Notes under the pieces: generated by a model | What the model was told of the DNA's origin: nothing | The model's input: only the letters and a program-made list of their open reading frames with translations | The model's database searches: none | Origin: Deltaproteobacteria bacterium | GTDB lineage: Bacteria > Desulfobacterota > Binatia > DP-6 | Direction: 5' to 3' | NCBI GenBank assembly: GCA_005888095.1 | Contig: VBKF01000140.1 | Span: 4,602 to 68,601, forward strand | Length of the DNA: 64,000 nt | Shown here: in pieces, positions 1-9,928 of the stretch | Layout of the letters: each line of letters begins with the position of its first letter | How positions within the stretch are numbered: the first letter of the stretch is position 1 | Position numbers and translations under genes: made by a program

Positions 1-64
1 CCCACGCGACCTGGAACTGCAGCCGCAGGGCGTCCGGGTCGAGCGCATTCCGGCCAGGGATCAC
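1..64 (-). CDS. partial hypothetical CDS (N-terminus only; gene continues beyond window start)
   Basis: Minus-strand frame reading VIPGRNALDPDALRLQFQVAW from a GTG near 64 with high GC3; not in the ORF track because it is truncated. Confidence 0.2.
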   Translation of the reverse strand, partial: MIPGRNALDPDALRLQFQVAW

Positions 65-488
65 CTCATTGAGGCACCCGGCGCAACGCCTTGGCTTCCT
101 CGACGGCCGTGAGTCGAAATTAGGCCGTGCCTGCGCTCGGGCCGCTTCGCCAAGGCCGGGACGCTCGACGTCTGCCCCTCGACGCCCCGTGTTAATGCGC
201 CGCGGTGAAAAACGGCAACGACGAATCGAAGGGCATCTCCAACCGCGGTCAGCCTCGAGCCGCGCCGCCCACTCGCGGGTCAGCCGGAAGAAGCGCCGCG
301 CGACGCGAAGCTGACCGCGAGACCTGCCCCCGGACTCACCGTCGCGGCGCGGGCCGCCTACCGAGAAGATTCGACCGAAATACCAGGAGTATTCGTCCGA
401 AATGGCGAGCCATGGAACTATCGCGCCCGCGGCTGGCCTCCTAGATTAGAGCACTCCGTTCACGGCACACGTCATTGGAGGAGACAGC

Positions 489-2720
489 ATGCGCGCTCGC
501 GGCTTGACCGTTCCACTGCTCTGCTCGCTCGCGATCGTCGCCGGCGCTCCGGCTGCGCTGGCGGGAGGGAGCTCGCTCTACAGCGGCCCCGATCCACGCC
601 CCGGACCCGACGTGCTCTACGGGGCGCCCGCGGTCGCGCCGCAGCTCGAGAACGTCGGCGTCTGGTCCGCCGCGCCCATCCTCGTCTCCGGGGCGAGCGC
701 CTACCGCAGCGGCGAGTTCCTCTACCAGGACTTCCTCTACGACGATCACGGAGCGGCCGAGGCGCCGGACCCGACGGATCCCAAGGGCGGCGGGAACCTG
801 TTCTCGAAGCCGAACGGCACCTACACCTATCCGACCGATCCGGCGTACGCGAACGACGCGGCCGACCTGGTCGAGCTGCGCGTGAAGCCGCTCGCCGACG
901 CAACCGCGTTCCGGCTCACGCTGAACACCTTGAAGGACGTCTCGCTGGTGGCCTTCTCGATCGCCCTCGGCGGCACGCCGGGCGTGCTGCGAGGCTTCCC
1001 CGCGGGCGCCAATGTCCGGGCGCCCGCCGATCTCTTCCTCACCGTGCACCCTGCGGGGTCGGGCATGGCCGGCGACCTCGTGGACGCCGCCACGGCGCGG
1101 CCCGTCGGCGGCCCCGCTCCGCTGGTCGCGGTCGACACCGGCCATCGCCAGATCGAGGTGCGTGTGCCGCACGCCGCCTGGGACCCCGGAAGCCAGCTGG
1201 TCCGCCTGGCCGCCGGCGTGGGCCTGTGGGACAAGGCAAACGGCCGCTACCTGCTGCCGCAGGCCGCGGCCGACGCGGCGCACCCCGGCGGCGCCGGAAC
1301 GGCGGTCAGCCCGGCCGGCTTCTTCAACGTCGCCTTCCGCTACGACGAGCCGATGCCCGAGGTGGGCGATCCGACCGGCACCGCCACGGGCCCGGCCTGG
1401 TGGCGCGACAAGCACCAGGGCGAGGCGCTCGCCGCGGGCGACATCAGCGCGCTCCACGCCGACGTCGACTTCGCGAAGCTCGCCGCCGCGGTCAACGACG
1501 ACATGCCCGGCCAGCCGGGCGGTGTACCGCAGACCGGCCCCATGGACCGCATCCTGGTGAGCCAGTTCGAGACCGGGCAGGGCGCGGATTTCTCCGTCAA
1601 CTGCTTCCCCGGGTCGACGAGCGGCGGCACCAACTGCCCGGGCCAGTACCAGGGCGTCCTCCAGCCGTATGCCATCTACGTTCCCTCGGGGCCGATGCCG
1701 CGGCGGGGCTACGGGATGACGCTGCTCCTGCACTCGCTGTCGACGAACTACAACCAGTACCTCGGCAGCCGAAACCAGTCGCAGTTCGGCGACCGCGACG
1801 GCGGCTCGATCGTCATCACGCCCGAATCGCGCGGTCCCGACGGGTTCTACGACAGCTACGCCGGGGCCGACGTCTTCGAGGTGTGGGCCGACGTCGCGCG
1901 CCGCTACCGCCTGGACCCCGACTGGAGCGTGATCACGGGCTACTCGATGGGCGGCCTCGGCACGTTCAAGCTCGCCGAGCAGTTCCCCGACCTGTTCGCA
2001 AAGGCGCAGCCGACCGTAGGCTTCAGCGGCGACGACAACCTGGTCGCCTCGCTGCGCAACATCCCGTTCCTGATGTGGAACTCGTTGGTCGACGAGCTGG
2101 TCCCGCCGACCGACTACATTCCCACCGCCGAGAAGTTCGACAGCCTCGGCTACCGCTACGAGCTCGACGTCTTCACGCCGAGCGAGCACCTGACGCTCGC
2201 GATCAACGATCAGTTCGCGCCGGCCGCCGCGTTCCTCGACCTGGTAAAGGTGAACCGCAACCCCGCGCACGTCACCTACGTGGTCGACCCGACCCTCGAC
2301 TACCCCGCGCTCGGCTTCGTCGCCGACCACGCGTACTGGCTGTCCGGCATCAAGCTGCGCAGCGCGACGCCGCCGGTCACCGGCGGCCACGCCCAGGGCA
2401 GCATCGACGCGCTCTCATACGGGTTCGGCACGGGCGACCCGACCCCGTCGGACACGCAGTTCGGCACGGGCACGCTCACCGGCGGCAACCTCCCCACGCC
2501 GCTCGTCTTCACCCGCCAGTTCCGGACGTGGGGCCCCGTGCCGAGCATCCCACGGCTGAGGCGCATCGACCTCGCCGCGCGGAACATCACCGCCGTCACG
2601 ATCAACGTCCGGCGGGCCAACGTGGGCTGCGGCGTCGACCTGCACGTCGACACCGACGGACCGATGACGATCGAGCTCGCCGGCTGCGGGCGGACGATCG
2701 CGGCGGGGGGCGGCGCGTAG
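489..2720 (+). CDS. secreted alpha/beta-hydrolase family protein (esterase/peptidase-like)
   Basis: 743-aa ORF with an N-terminal signal peptide (LLCSLAIVAGAPAALAGG), a GYSMGG nucleophile-elbow (GxSxG) motif and a GGAGG Shine-Dalgarno before the ATG; the long antisense ORF 441..2390 is an artefact. Confidence 0.7.
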   Translation: MRARGLTVPLLCSLAIVAGAPAALAGGSSLYSGPDPRPGPDVLYGAPAVAPQLENVGVWSAAPILVSGASAYRSGEFLYQDFLYDDHGAAEAPDPTDPKGGGNLFSKPNGTYTYPTDPAYANDAADLVELRVKPLADATAFRLTLNTLKDVSLVAFSIALGGTPGVLRGFPAGANVRAPADLFLTVHPAGSGMAGDLVDAATARPVGGPAPLVAVDTGHRQIEVRVPHAAWDPGSQLVRLAAGVGLWDKANGRYLLPQAAADAAHPGGAGTAVSPAGFFNVAFRYDEPMPEVGDPTGTATGPAWWRDKHQGEALAAGDISALHADVDFAKLAAAVNDDMPGQPGGVPQTGPMDRILVSQFETGQGADFSVNCFPGSTSGGTNCPGQYQGVLQPYAIYVPSGPMPRRGYGMTLLLHSLSTNYNQYLGSRNQSQFGDRDGGSIVITPESRGPDGFYDSYAGADVFEVWADVARRYRLDPDWSVITGYSMGGLGTFKLAEQFPDLFAKAQPTVGFSGDDNLVASLRNIPFLMWNSLVDELVPPTDYIPTAEKFDSLGYRYELDVFTPSEHLTLAINDQFAPAAAFLDLVKVNRNPAHVTYVVDPTLDYPALGFVADHAYWLSGIKLRSATPPVTGGHAQGSIDALSYGFGTGDPTPSDTQFGTGTLTGGNLPTPLVFTRQFRTWGPVPSIPRLRRIDLAARNITAVTINVRRANVGCGVDLHVDTDGPMTIELAGCGRTIAAGGGA

Positions 2721-2771
2721 ATCGCCCGGGCCCGGGCAGCGCGGCGCCCAGGTTGCACTCCGGCGCATCGG

Positions 2772-2800
2772 TTGATAGACCTATTTTCGGTCCGTAATCG
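2772..2800 (+). promoter_or_regulatory. sigma70-like promoter (TTGATA-17-TAATCG) overlapping two TCGGTCCG direct repeats, upstream of the phd/parE pair
   Basis: Read directly: TTGATA, 17-bp spacer, TAATCG; the TCGGTCCG repeats sit 11 bp apart over the -10 region, which looks like an antitoxin operator. Confidence 0.4.
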
Positions 2801-2812
2801 GTCCGACGAACC

Positions 2813-3094
2813 ATGAAGCCAAGCGTCGCCGTCAAACCCATAAGTCTCTTCAAGGCTCACGCCGCGGAGATTCTTCGTGACGTCTCCGAACGGCGCGGCA
2901 CGGTGATCCTCACGCAGAACGGCGAGGCGAAAGCGGTGATCCAGGACGTTCGGGATTGGGAGGATCTGCAGGAGAGCCTCGCGCTTCTGAGGATCGTTGC
3001 GCAGAGCCGCAAGAGCGTGCAGGCAGGACGCGTCGCCCCGCTGGACGTGGCGATGCGTCGGGTTCGCCGCCGCGTGCGGCCGCGTCGAGGGTGA
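2813..3094 (+). CDS. type II antitoxin, Phd/YefM family
   Basis: 93 aa; the SLFKAHAAEILRDVSERRGTVILTQNGEAKAVIQDVRDWEDLQESLALL core is typical of Phd/YefM; its stop overlaps the toxin start (GTGA). Confidence 0.8.
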   Translation: MKPSVAVKPISLFKAHAAEILRDVSERRGTVILTQNGEAKAVIQDVRDWEDLQESLALLRIVAQSRKSVQAGRVAPLDVAMRRVRRRVRPRRG

Positions 3095-3414
3095 CCCACC
3101 GGGTCCTCGTCGCCCGCGACGCCGAGGACGATCTCGTCGACCTCCACGGGTGGCTCGCTGCCCGCGAATCGGTCGAGCGCGCCGATGAGGTGCTCGACCG
3201 TATCCAGAACGCCTGCGCTGGCCTGCGGCGCCTGCCTGCGCGCGGCCATGTCACTCCCGAACTCGCGCGCGTCGGAGTGTTCGACTTCCGCGAGGTCCAT
3301 GTCGGGCCCTACAGGATCATCTACGAGATGGGCGGTCGGGTCGTTTGGGTCCTCGCCGTGCTCGACGGCCGACGCGACATCCAGGACGTCCTGGCCCGGC
3401 GGCTTCTGCGCTGA
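3091..3414 (+). CDS. type II toxin, ParE/RelE family
   Basis: GTG start overlapping the antitoxin stop; 107 aa ending ...GPYRIIYEMGGRVVWVLAVLDGRRDIQDVL, a ParE/RelE-like C-terminus. The track's 2956..3414 ORF overextends upstream. Confidence 0.75.
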   Translation: MTHRVLVARDAEDDLVDLHGWLAARESVERADEVLDRIQNACAGLRRLPARGHVTPELARVGVFDFREVHVGPYRIIYEMGGRVVWVLAVLDGRRDIQDVLARRLLR

Positions 3415-3568
3415 CCAAGGAGCGGGGAACCTCGAGAGGGGCCTCAGCTGGAGAGCGCCGCTTTGCCGGATCGACCGACCGGCCCCACCGCCCACCACCG
3501 GGCACAACACCTCGCGCTTCAGCCGCTGCCAACGCTTCCGCGGCTCGCACCTTGTTCGCCCATTTGAT

Positions 3569-4738
3569 ATGCGGGAAATTTCCACCGACCCGCTGCGTAT
3601 GCACGACATCCAGGGTAGACCCACGGTCGCCGAGGTGAGCCTCGGGGCGCTGCGCACGAATCTCCGTGCCGCCCGGGACCTCGTCGGTCCGGGGGTGAAG
3701 GTGCTCGCTGTCGTCAAGGCCGACGGGTACGGCCACGGCGCGGTCGCGGCGGCGCGCGCCTTCGTCGAAGCGGGGGCCGCGGCGCTCGGCGTGTCCACGG
3801 TCGAGGAGGGCACGGAGCTCCGGCGGGCGGGCGTCCGGGGCCCGGTCGTGGTGCTCGGGGGCGCTTTTCCGGGCGAGGAGACCGCCGTCGTCGCGGGCGA
3901 CCTCGAGGTCGCCGTCTGGACGCGCGCCGCAGCCGAGGCGCTGGCGGCGGCGGCCCGGGCGGCCGGGCGGATGATCGGCATCCATATCAAGGTGGAGACC
4001 GGCATGACCCGGCTCGGCCTCGACCCGGCCGACGTCGGCGCCTTCGGTGCCGCCGTCCGCGAGCTGCCCGGTCTGTCCATGGCAGGGGTCTTCTCCCACT
4101 TCGCCTCGGCCGACGCGGTCGACACCGCCTCGGCCCGCGCCCAGGTCGAGCGCTTTCGCGCGGCCGTCGAGGCGCTCGCTGCCGCCGGCGTGCGCCCGGC
4201 CGAGGTGCACCTCGCGAACAGCGCCGCGGTCCTCTCCGCGCCCGCCGCGCACTTCACGATGGTACGGCCGGGGATCATGCTCTACGGCTACGCGCCGGCG
4301 CCCCACCTTCGCGCGCAGGCACGTTTGCTCCCCGCCATGCGGCTGCAGACCCGCATCGCCCAGACGCGACGGGTCGCCGCGGGGACGCCCGTCGGCTACG
4401 CCGGCACCTGGCTGGCCGCGCGGCCGAGCACGATCGCTGTCCTGCCGCTCGGCTACGCCGACGGTTACCACCGGCTCGCGTCCAACCGCGCCCAGGTGCT
4501 CGTCCGGGGCCGGCGCGCGCCGGTTGCAGGCCGGGTCTGCATGGACCACACGATGATCGATGTGACCGACGCGGGCGAGGTGAGGGCAGGGGACCCGGTC
4601 GTCCTCTTCGGGAGCCAGGATGGCGCTTCCATCTGGGCGGACGAGCTGGCCGGCTGGGTGGAGACCATCGCCTACGAGGTCCTGACCTCGGTCGGGAAGC
4701 GCGTGCCGCGCGTGTATGTGGACGACTTCGATGCCTAG
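3569..4738 (+). CDS. alr: alanine racemase
   Basis: VLAVVKADGYGHGAVAAARA pyridoxal-phosphate-lysine motif; in-frame ATG at 3569 (MREISTDPL...); the upstream part of track ORF 3185..4738 is arginine/serine-rich junk. Confidence 0.85.
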   Translation: MREISTDPLRMHDIQGRPTVAEVSLGALRTNLRAARDLVGPGVKVLAVVKADGYGHGAVAAARAFVEAGAAALGVSTVEEGTELRRAGVRGPVVVLGGAFPGEETAVVAGDLEVAVWTRAAAEALAAAARAAGRMIGIHIKVETGMTRLGLDPADVGAFGAAVRELPGLSMAGVFSHFASADAVDTASARAQVERFRAAVEALAAAGVRPAEVHLANSAAVLSAPAAHFTMVRPGIMLYGYAPAPHLRAQARLLPAMRLQTRIAQTRRVAAGTPVGYAGTWLAARPSTIAVLPLGYADGYHRLASNRAQVLVRGRRAPVAGRVCMDHTMIDVTDAGEVRAGDPVVLFGSQDGASIWADELAGWVETIAYEVLTSVGKRVPRVYVDDFDA

Positions 4739-6278
4739 GGTTGCCCGCGCGCTTCTCAGCGTCAGCGACAAGCGCGGGCTCGTCGACTTCGCCCGTGGTC
4801 TCGCCGACGTCGACGTCGAGCTGCTGTCCACCGGCGGCACCGCCAAGCTCCTCGCCGACGCGGGTCTGCGGGTCACCCAGGTGAGCGACTACACGGGCTT
4901 TCCCGAGATGCTCGACGGCCGCGTGAAGACGCTCCACCCGAGGATCCACGCGGGGCTCCTCGGGCGCCGCGACGTCCCCACGCACGTCGCCGAGATGCGC
5001 GCCCACGCGATCGAGCCGATCGACCTCGTCGCCGTGAACCTCTATCCGTTCCGCGAGACCGTGGTCCGGCCGGGCACGACGCTCGACGACGCGATCGAGC
5101 AGATCGACATCGGCGGGCCCTCCATGCTGCGCTCGGCCGCCAAGAACCACGCGCACGTGACCGTCATCGTCGACCCGGACGACTACGAGCCCGTGCTCGC
5201 CGAGCTGCGGGCCGCGGGCGGCACGGTCTCCGTCGCCACCAACCGCCGCCTCGCCCAGAAGGTCTTCTGCGCGACGGCGTGCTACGACGGCGCGATCGCG
5301 GACTACCTGGGTGCGCTCGGGGAGGGGACGCGCTTCGGCGCCTCGTTCCACTGGGGCGGGCCGAAGGCGCTCGACCTGCGCTACGGCGAGAACCCGCACC
5401 AGGCGGCGTCGCTCTACGGGGACTTCCTGAAGGTCGCCGAGCCGCTGCACGGCAAGGAGCTCTCCTACAACAATGTGGTCGACATCGACGCCGCGCTCGC
5501 CCTCGCCGAGGAGTTCCGGGCGCGGCCGGAAGCGGCCGTCGCCATCCTCAAGCACAACACGCCGTGCGGCGTCGGCCTCGGGCGCGACCCGCTCGAGGCC
5601 TGGAAGCGGGCCTACGCGACCGATCCGGAATCGCCCTTCGGCGGCATCGTCGTCTCGACCAGGCCGTGGACGCTCCCGCTCGCATGGGCCGTCGACGAGA
5701 TCTTCACCGAGGTCCTGATCGCGCCCGGCTTCGAGCCCGACGCGCTCGAGCTGCTCGAGCGCAAGAAGCAGCGCAGGCTCGTGCGCTGGCATCCCGAGGC
5801 GAACGAGGTCCGCGCGCCCGCCATCCGCGGCGTGGTGCGCGGGGTGTTGGTCCAGGACCAGGACCGCGCGATCGAGGACCCGCGCGAGGCGCGCGTGGTG
5901 ACGCGGCGGCGGCCGACGCCCGAGGAGCTCCTGGCGCTCGCCTTCGCCTGGCGCGTCGTCAAGCACGTCAAGTCGAACGCCATCGCCTTCACCACCGCCG
6001 ACCGTACGCTCGCCCTCGGCGGCGGGCAGACCTCGCGCGTCGAGCCGGTGCGCAACGCGCGCGCCCGCGCCGAGCGGCTCGGCATCTCGCTCAGCGGCTC
6101 GGTGGTGGGCAGCGACGCCTTCTTCCCGTTCCCCGACGGCCTCGAGGAGGCGCTCGAGGCGGGTGCCACGGCCGTCATCCAGCCGGGCGGCAGCACGCGT
6201 GACGAAGAGGTCATCCGGGCGGCCGACGCGCGCGGCGCCGCGATGGTCTTCACCGGCGTGCGCCACTTCCGGCACTGA
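4731..6278 (+). CDS. purH: bifunctional AICAR transformylase / IMP cyclohydrolase
   Basis: ALLSVSDKRGLVDFARGL...VKTLHP MGS-like N-terminus and an AICARFT domain; the ATG at 4731 overlaps the alr stop. Confidence 0.9.
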   Translation: MPRVARALLSVSDKRGLVDFARGLADVDVELLSTGGTAKLLADAGLRVTQVSDYTGFPEMLDGRVKTLHPRIHAGLLGRRDVPTHVAEMRAHAIEPIDLVAVNLYPFRETVVRPGTTLDDAIEQIDIGGPSMLRSAAKNHAHVTVIVDPDDYEPVLAELRAAGGTVSVATNRRLAQKVFCATACYDGAIADYLGALGEGTRFGASFHWGGPKALDLRYGENPHQAASLYGDFLKVAEPLHGKELSYNNVVDIDAALALAEEFRARPEAAVAILKHNTPCGVGLGRDPLEAWKRAYATDPESPFGGIVVSTRPWTLPLAWAVDEIFTEVLIAPGFEPDALELLERKKQRRLVRWHPEANEVRAPAIRGVVRGVLVQDQDRAIEDPREARVVTRRRPTPEELLALAFAWRVVKHVKSNAIAFTTADRTLALGGGQTSRVEPVRNARARAERLGISLSGSVVGSDAFFPFPDGLEEALEAGATAVIQPGGSTRDEEVIRAADARGAAMVFTGVRHFRH

Positions 6279-6284
6279 GGCGGC

Positions 6285-7586
6285 ATGCGGGTCCTCGTGA
6301 TCGGCGGCGGCGGGCGCGAGCACGCGCTCTGCTGGAAGCTCCGGCAGAGCCCGCGGCTCACGGCGCTCTACTGCGCGCCCGGCAACGCCGGCATCGCGCG
6401 GGTGGCGGAGTGCGTGCCGGTCTCGGCCGACGACCTGAACAAGCTCCTCCGCTTCGCCAGGGAGCAGGCGATCGACCTGACGGTCGTCGGGCCCGAGCTG
6501 CCGCTGACCATGGGGCTCGTCGACCGCTTTGCCGCCGCGGGGCTCCGCGCCTTCGGCCCGACCGCCGCCGCGGCGCGCCTCGAGGGCTCGAAGGCCTTCA
6601 CCAAGGAGCTGCTCCGTCACGCGCGCGTGCCGACCGCGTTCTTCGGCGTATTCACCGAGGCCGACGACGCCGTGCGCTACGTCAACGAGGTCGGCGCGCC
6701 CGTGGTCGTCAAGGCCGACGGCATCGCCGGCGGCAAGGGCGTCTTCATCTGCCGCACGGTCGCCGAGGCGGAGGAGGCGATCGACGAGCTCATGCGCGGC
6801 CGTCTGTTCGGCGACGCGGGCAGCCGGGTGGTGGTCGAGGAATTCCTGGAGGGTGAGGAGGTGTCCTTCATGGCGCTCTCGGACGGCACGACCGTGGTGC
6901 CGCTCGCCACCTCGCAGGACCACAAGCGCGTGCTCGACGGCGACCAGGGCCCGAACACCGGCGGCATGGGCGCCTGCTCGCCCGCGCCCGTCGTGACCGC
7001 GGCGCTCGAGGCCGAGATCATGCAGCAGATCATCGAGCCGGTGGTCCAGGCGCTCGCGAAGCAGGGGACGCCGTACGCCGGCGTCCTCTACGCGGGCCTC
7101 ATGCTCCAGGACGGGCGCCCGAAGGTGCTCGAGTTCAACGTGCGCTTCGGCGACCCCGAGGCGGAGGTCATCCTCGCCCGCCTGCGCTCGGACCTGCTCG
7201 AGCTCCTGGTCCGCACCTGCGAGGGCCGGCTCGCGGGCGAGACGATCGAGTGGGACCCGCGCGCGGCGGTGTGCGTCGTGCTCGCCGCCGAGGGCTACCC
7301 GGGCGCGGTCGAACGGGGGCGAAGGATCGACGGGCTCGAGCACCTCGCGGGCTGGGCTCAAGGGATGGTCTTTCACGCCGGCACGCGGATCGACGACGGC
7401 CGGCTCGTCACCGACGGCGGGCGCGTGCTCGGCGTGACGGCGCTCGGCGACACGATCGACGCGGCGGTGGCCGAGGCCTACGCCGCCGTCGATCGCATCC
7501 GGTGGCCCGGGATGCACTTCCGGCGCGACATCGGGCACCGCGCCCTGGCCCGGGAGCGAAAGGACGGTCAGCATGGCGGTGCGTGA
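6285..7586 (+). CDS. purD: phosphoribosylamine--glycine ligase
   Basis: [15 protein letters not shown]... ATP-grasp protein with PurD-typical motifs. Confidence 0.9.
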   Translation: MRVLVIGGGGREHALCWKLRQSPRLTALYCAPGNAGIARVAECVPVSADDLNKLLRFAREQAIDLTVVGPELPLTMGLVDRFAAAGLRAFGPTAAAARLEGSKAFTKELLRHARVPTAFFGVFTEADDAVRYVNEVGAPVVVKADGIAGGKGVFICRTVAEAEEAIDELMRGRLFGDAGSRVVVEEFLEGEEVSFMALSDGTTVVPLATSQDHKRVLDGDQGPNTGGMGACSPAPVVTAALEAEIMQQIIEPVVQALAKQGTPYAGVLYAGLMLQDGRPKVLEFNVRFGDPEAEVILARLRSDLLELLVRTCEGRLAGETIEWDPRAAVCVVLAAEGYPGAVERGRRIDGLEHLAGWAQGMVFHAGTRIDDGRLVTDGGRVLGVTALGDTIDAAVAEAYAAVDRIRWPGMHFRRDIGHRALARERKDGQHGGA

Positions 7587-8103
7587 AGGCCGGCCGCAGG
7601 TCGGCATCGTGATGGGCAGCGACAGCGACTGGGAGACGATGGAGGGGGCGGCGGAGCGTCTGGCAGCGTTCGAGATCCCCTACGAGGTCCAGGTCGTCTC
7701 GGCGCACCGCTCGCCGAAGGCCGTGATGCAATACGCGCAGAGCGCGCGGCGGCGCGGGCTCGGCGTGATCATCGCCGGCGCGGGCGGCGCGGCGCACCTG
7801 GGCGGCGTGGTTGCCGCCTACACGACGCTGCCGGTGATCGGTGTGCCCGTCGCGTCGACCCCGCTCCAGGGGCTCGACGCGCTGCTCGCCACCGTGCAGA
7901 TGCCGGGCGGCGTGCCGGTCGCCACCGTCGCCATCGGGCGGTCCGGGGCGGAGAATGCCGGCGTGCTGGCGGCGCAGATCCTGGCGCTTCGCAGCCGGCC
8001 GCTCCGCGAGCGGCTCGAGCGCTTCAAGACGGAGCTGGCCGAGAGCGTCGAGGGGAAGAACTTGCGCCTGCAGAGGAAGATCTCGCCTGAGAGCAACGAC
8101 TGA
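7573..8103 (+). CDS. purE: N5-carboxyaminoimidazole ribonucleotide mutase
   Basis: [14 protein letters not shown]...AHRSP...[17 protein letters not shown] PurE signature; overlaps the purD end by 14 nt. Confidence 0.9.
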   Translation: MAVREGRPQVGIVMGSDSDWETMEGAAERLAAFEIPYEVQVVSAHRSPKAVMQYAQSARRRGLGVIIAGAGGAAHLGGVVAAYTTLPVIGVPVASTPLQGLDALLATVQMPGGVPVATVAIGRSGAENAGVLAAQILALRSRPLRERLERFKTELAESVEGKNLRLQRKISPESND

Positions 8104-8686
8104 GGCGGCGGTCGCGGCGCTCGCCGCCGGGGCGCTCGTCGTCTTCCCCACCGAGACGGTCTACGGCCTCGGCGCCGACGCGCTGTCGGCGGACGCGGTC
8201 GCGCGGCTCCTGGCCGTGCGAGGTCGAGAGGAGGGGAAGCCGATCCTGGTGCTGGTCGCGGACCTCGCGATGGCGGAGACGGTGGCGGCGGTGATCCCGC
8301 CGGCCGCGCGGCGGCTCGCGGCGCGCTTCTGGCCGGGGCCGCTGACTCTCGTGCTGCCGGCGCGCGCGCGCCTGCCGGCGCCGCTCACCGCGGGCTCCGG
8401 GACGATCGGCGTCCGCGTGCCGGGGCACCCCGTCGCCGCGGCGCTGGTCGCGGGCCTCGGCCGCCCGATCACGGCGCCGAGCGCCAATCCGCCGGGTCGG
8501 ACGCCCCCGAAGCTGATCGACGACGCGCGCGCCTGCTTCGGCGACGGTGTCGCCGTCTACCTCGACGGCGGCGAGCTCGCGGGCGGCGCCTCCACCGTCG
8601 CGGCGGTCGAGGAGGGGCGCGTGCGCGTGCTGCGCCCCGGGCGCGTGTCGAATGAGGCGCTCAGCCGGGCGCTCGAGGGCGACTGA
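8087..8686 (+). CDS. tsaC: L-threonylcarbamoyladenylate synthase (YrdC/Sua5 domain); start unresolved (no in-frame ATG/GTG/TTG after the purE stop; CTG at 8087 or a frameshift)
   Basis: [22 protein letters not shown]...GPLTLVL...SANPPG YrdC signature. The only in-frame ATGs (7841, 7955) would overlap purE by 148 to 262 nt. Confidence 0.6.
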   Translation: MRATTEAAVAALAAGALVVFPTETVYGLGADALSADAVARLLAVRGREEGKPILVLVADLAMAETVAAVIPPAARRLAARFWPGPLTLVLPARARLPAPLTAGSGTIGVRVPGHPVAAALVAGLGRPITAPSANPPGRTPPKLIDDARACFGDGVAVYLDGGELAGGASTVAAVEEGRVRVLRPGRVSNEALSRALEGD

Positions 8687-8687
8687 G

Positions 8688-9878
8688 GTGGCCGTCGTCC
8701 GCCCGCTCCAGGGCCTTCGCTACGACCCGGCCCGCGCCGGCGACCTGGGCCTCGTGCTTGCCCCGCCTTACGACGTCATCACGCCGCGCGAGCAGGCCGA
8801 GCTCCACGCGCGGAGCCCGTACAACGTGATCCGGCTCATCCTGCCCGAGGAGGCGGACCGCGGCGCCGCAGCGGCGCGCACGCTCCGCGAGTGGGTGGCG
8901 CGGGGGCTCCTCGTGCGCGACCCGACGCCCGCGGTCTACCTCTACTCCCAGCGCTTCAGCCTGCCCGACGGCACGAGCCGCCGGCGCGACGGCCTCCTCT
9001 GCCGGCTCCGTCTCGAGAAGTTCGGCGCGGGCATCGTCCGCCCGCACGAGCGCACGCTGCCCGGCCCGAAGGCCGACCGCCTCGCGATCCTGCGCGCCAC
9101 GGGCGCCAACCTGAGCCCGATCTTCGGCCTCTACGCCCGCCCCGGCGAGCCCGTGCGCGCGCTCGTCGGGGCGCTCGGCGAGCCCGTCGTCGACGTGAAC
9201 GACTGGCACCAGCTCTGGCGGCTGACGGATCCCGCCGTGATCGCGCGCATCGAAGCCGCGCTCGCGCCCGAGACCATCATCATCGCCGACGGCCATCACC
9301 GCTACGAGACCGCGCTTCAGTACCGCGACGAGCAGCGCGGGAACGAGGCCGCGGCGTATGTCCTCGCCTACCTGGCCAACATGGAGGAGGAGGGGGTGGT
9401 GATCCTCCCCACGCACCGTCTGGTGCGGGGCCCGCTGCCGGCGCGCCTCGACGAGCGTCTCCGCGAGACATTCGAGGTGGAGCCGCTGCCGGCGGCGCGA
9501 CGTCGCGCGGGCGAGATCGACTGCGTGCTTCCCGACCGCCGCCTCCGCCTCCGTCCCCGGCCAGCCGCGCTCGCGCGCCTCGCTGCCCTGCCGGCAGTGC
9601 TCCGCACGCTCGACGTCGAGCTCCTGCACCGCGCGATCCTGGCGCCGATCCTCGGCGTCGACGCCGCCGTCCTCGAGTTCACGCACGACGACGACGAGGC
9701 GGCCGACGCCGTCGCGGCCGGGCATGCGGCGGCCGCCTTCCTCCTGAACCCGCCGTCGATCGCCGCGGTGCGCGCGGTGTGCCTGGCGGGCGAGCTGATG
9801 CCCGAGAAGTCGACCTACTTCTACCCGAAGCTCGCGACCGGCCTCGTCCTCTCGCTCGTCGGGCCGCCGTGGGTGTGA
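8688..9878 (+). CDS. DUF1015 family protein
   Basis: GTG at 8688 overlaps the tsaC stop; VRPLQGLRYD...LAPPYDVITPREQAELHARSPYNVIRLIL...ADGHHRYETAL matches the DUF1015 signature. Confidence 0.7.
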   Translation: MAVVRPLQGLRYDPARAGDLGLVLAPPYDVITPREQAELHARSPYNVIRLILPEEADRGAAAARTLREWVARGLLVRDPTPAVYLYSQRFSLPDGTSRRRDGLLCRLRLEKFGAGIVRPHERTLPGPKADRLAILRATGANLSPIFGLYARPGEPVRALVGALGEPVVDVNDWHQLWRLTDPAVIARIEAALAPETIIIADGHHRYETALQYRDEQRGNEAAAYVLAYLANMEEEGVVILPTHRLVRGPLPARLDERLRETFEVEPLPAARRRAGEIDCVLPDRRLRLRPRPAALARLAALPAVLRTLDVELLHRAILAPILGVDAAVLEFTHDDDEAADAVAAGHAAAAFLLNPPSIAAVRAVCLAGELMPEKSTYFYPKLATGLVLSLVGPPWV

Positions 9879-9928
9879 GGCGCTCGGGGCCTTTTGCGTC
9901 GTCGCCGGGCAACCCGTAAGAAGGCTCC

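Noticed and set aside
441-2390. 649-aa minus-strand ORF
   Set aside because: Antisense to the signal-peptide-bearing hydrolase gene; arginine/glycine-rich composition typical of reverse-frame artefacts in high-GC DNA.
2956-3090. N-terminal 45 codons of track ORF 2956..3414
   Set aside because: The ParE toxin is better explained by a GTG at 3091 overlapping the antitoxin stop; the upstream extension is antisense-like and overlaps the antitoxin.
4275-7607. 1110-aa minus-strand ORF
   Set aside because: Antisense to the clearly homologous purH/purD genes; arginine/alanine/glycine-rich.
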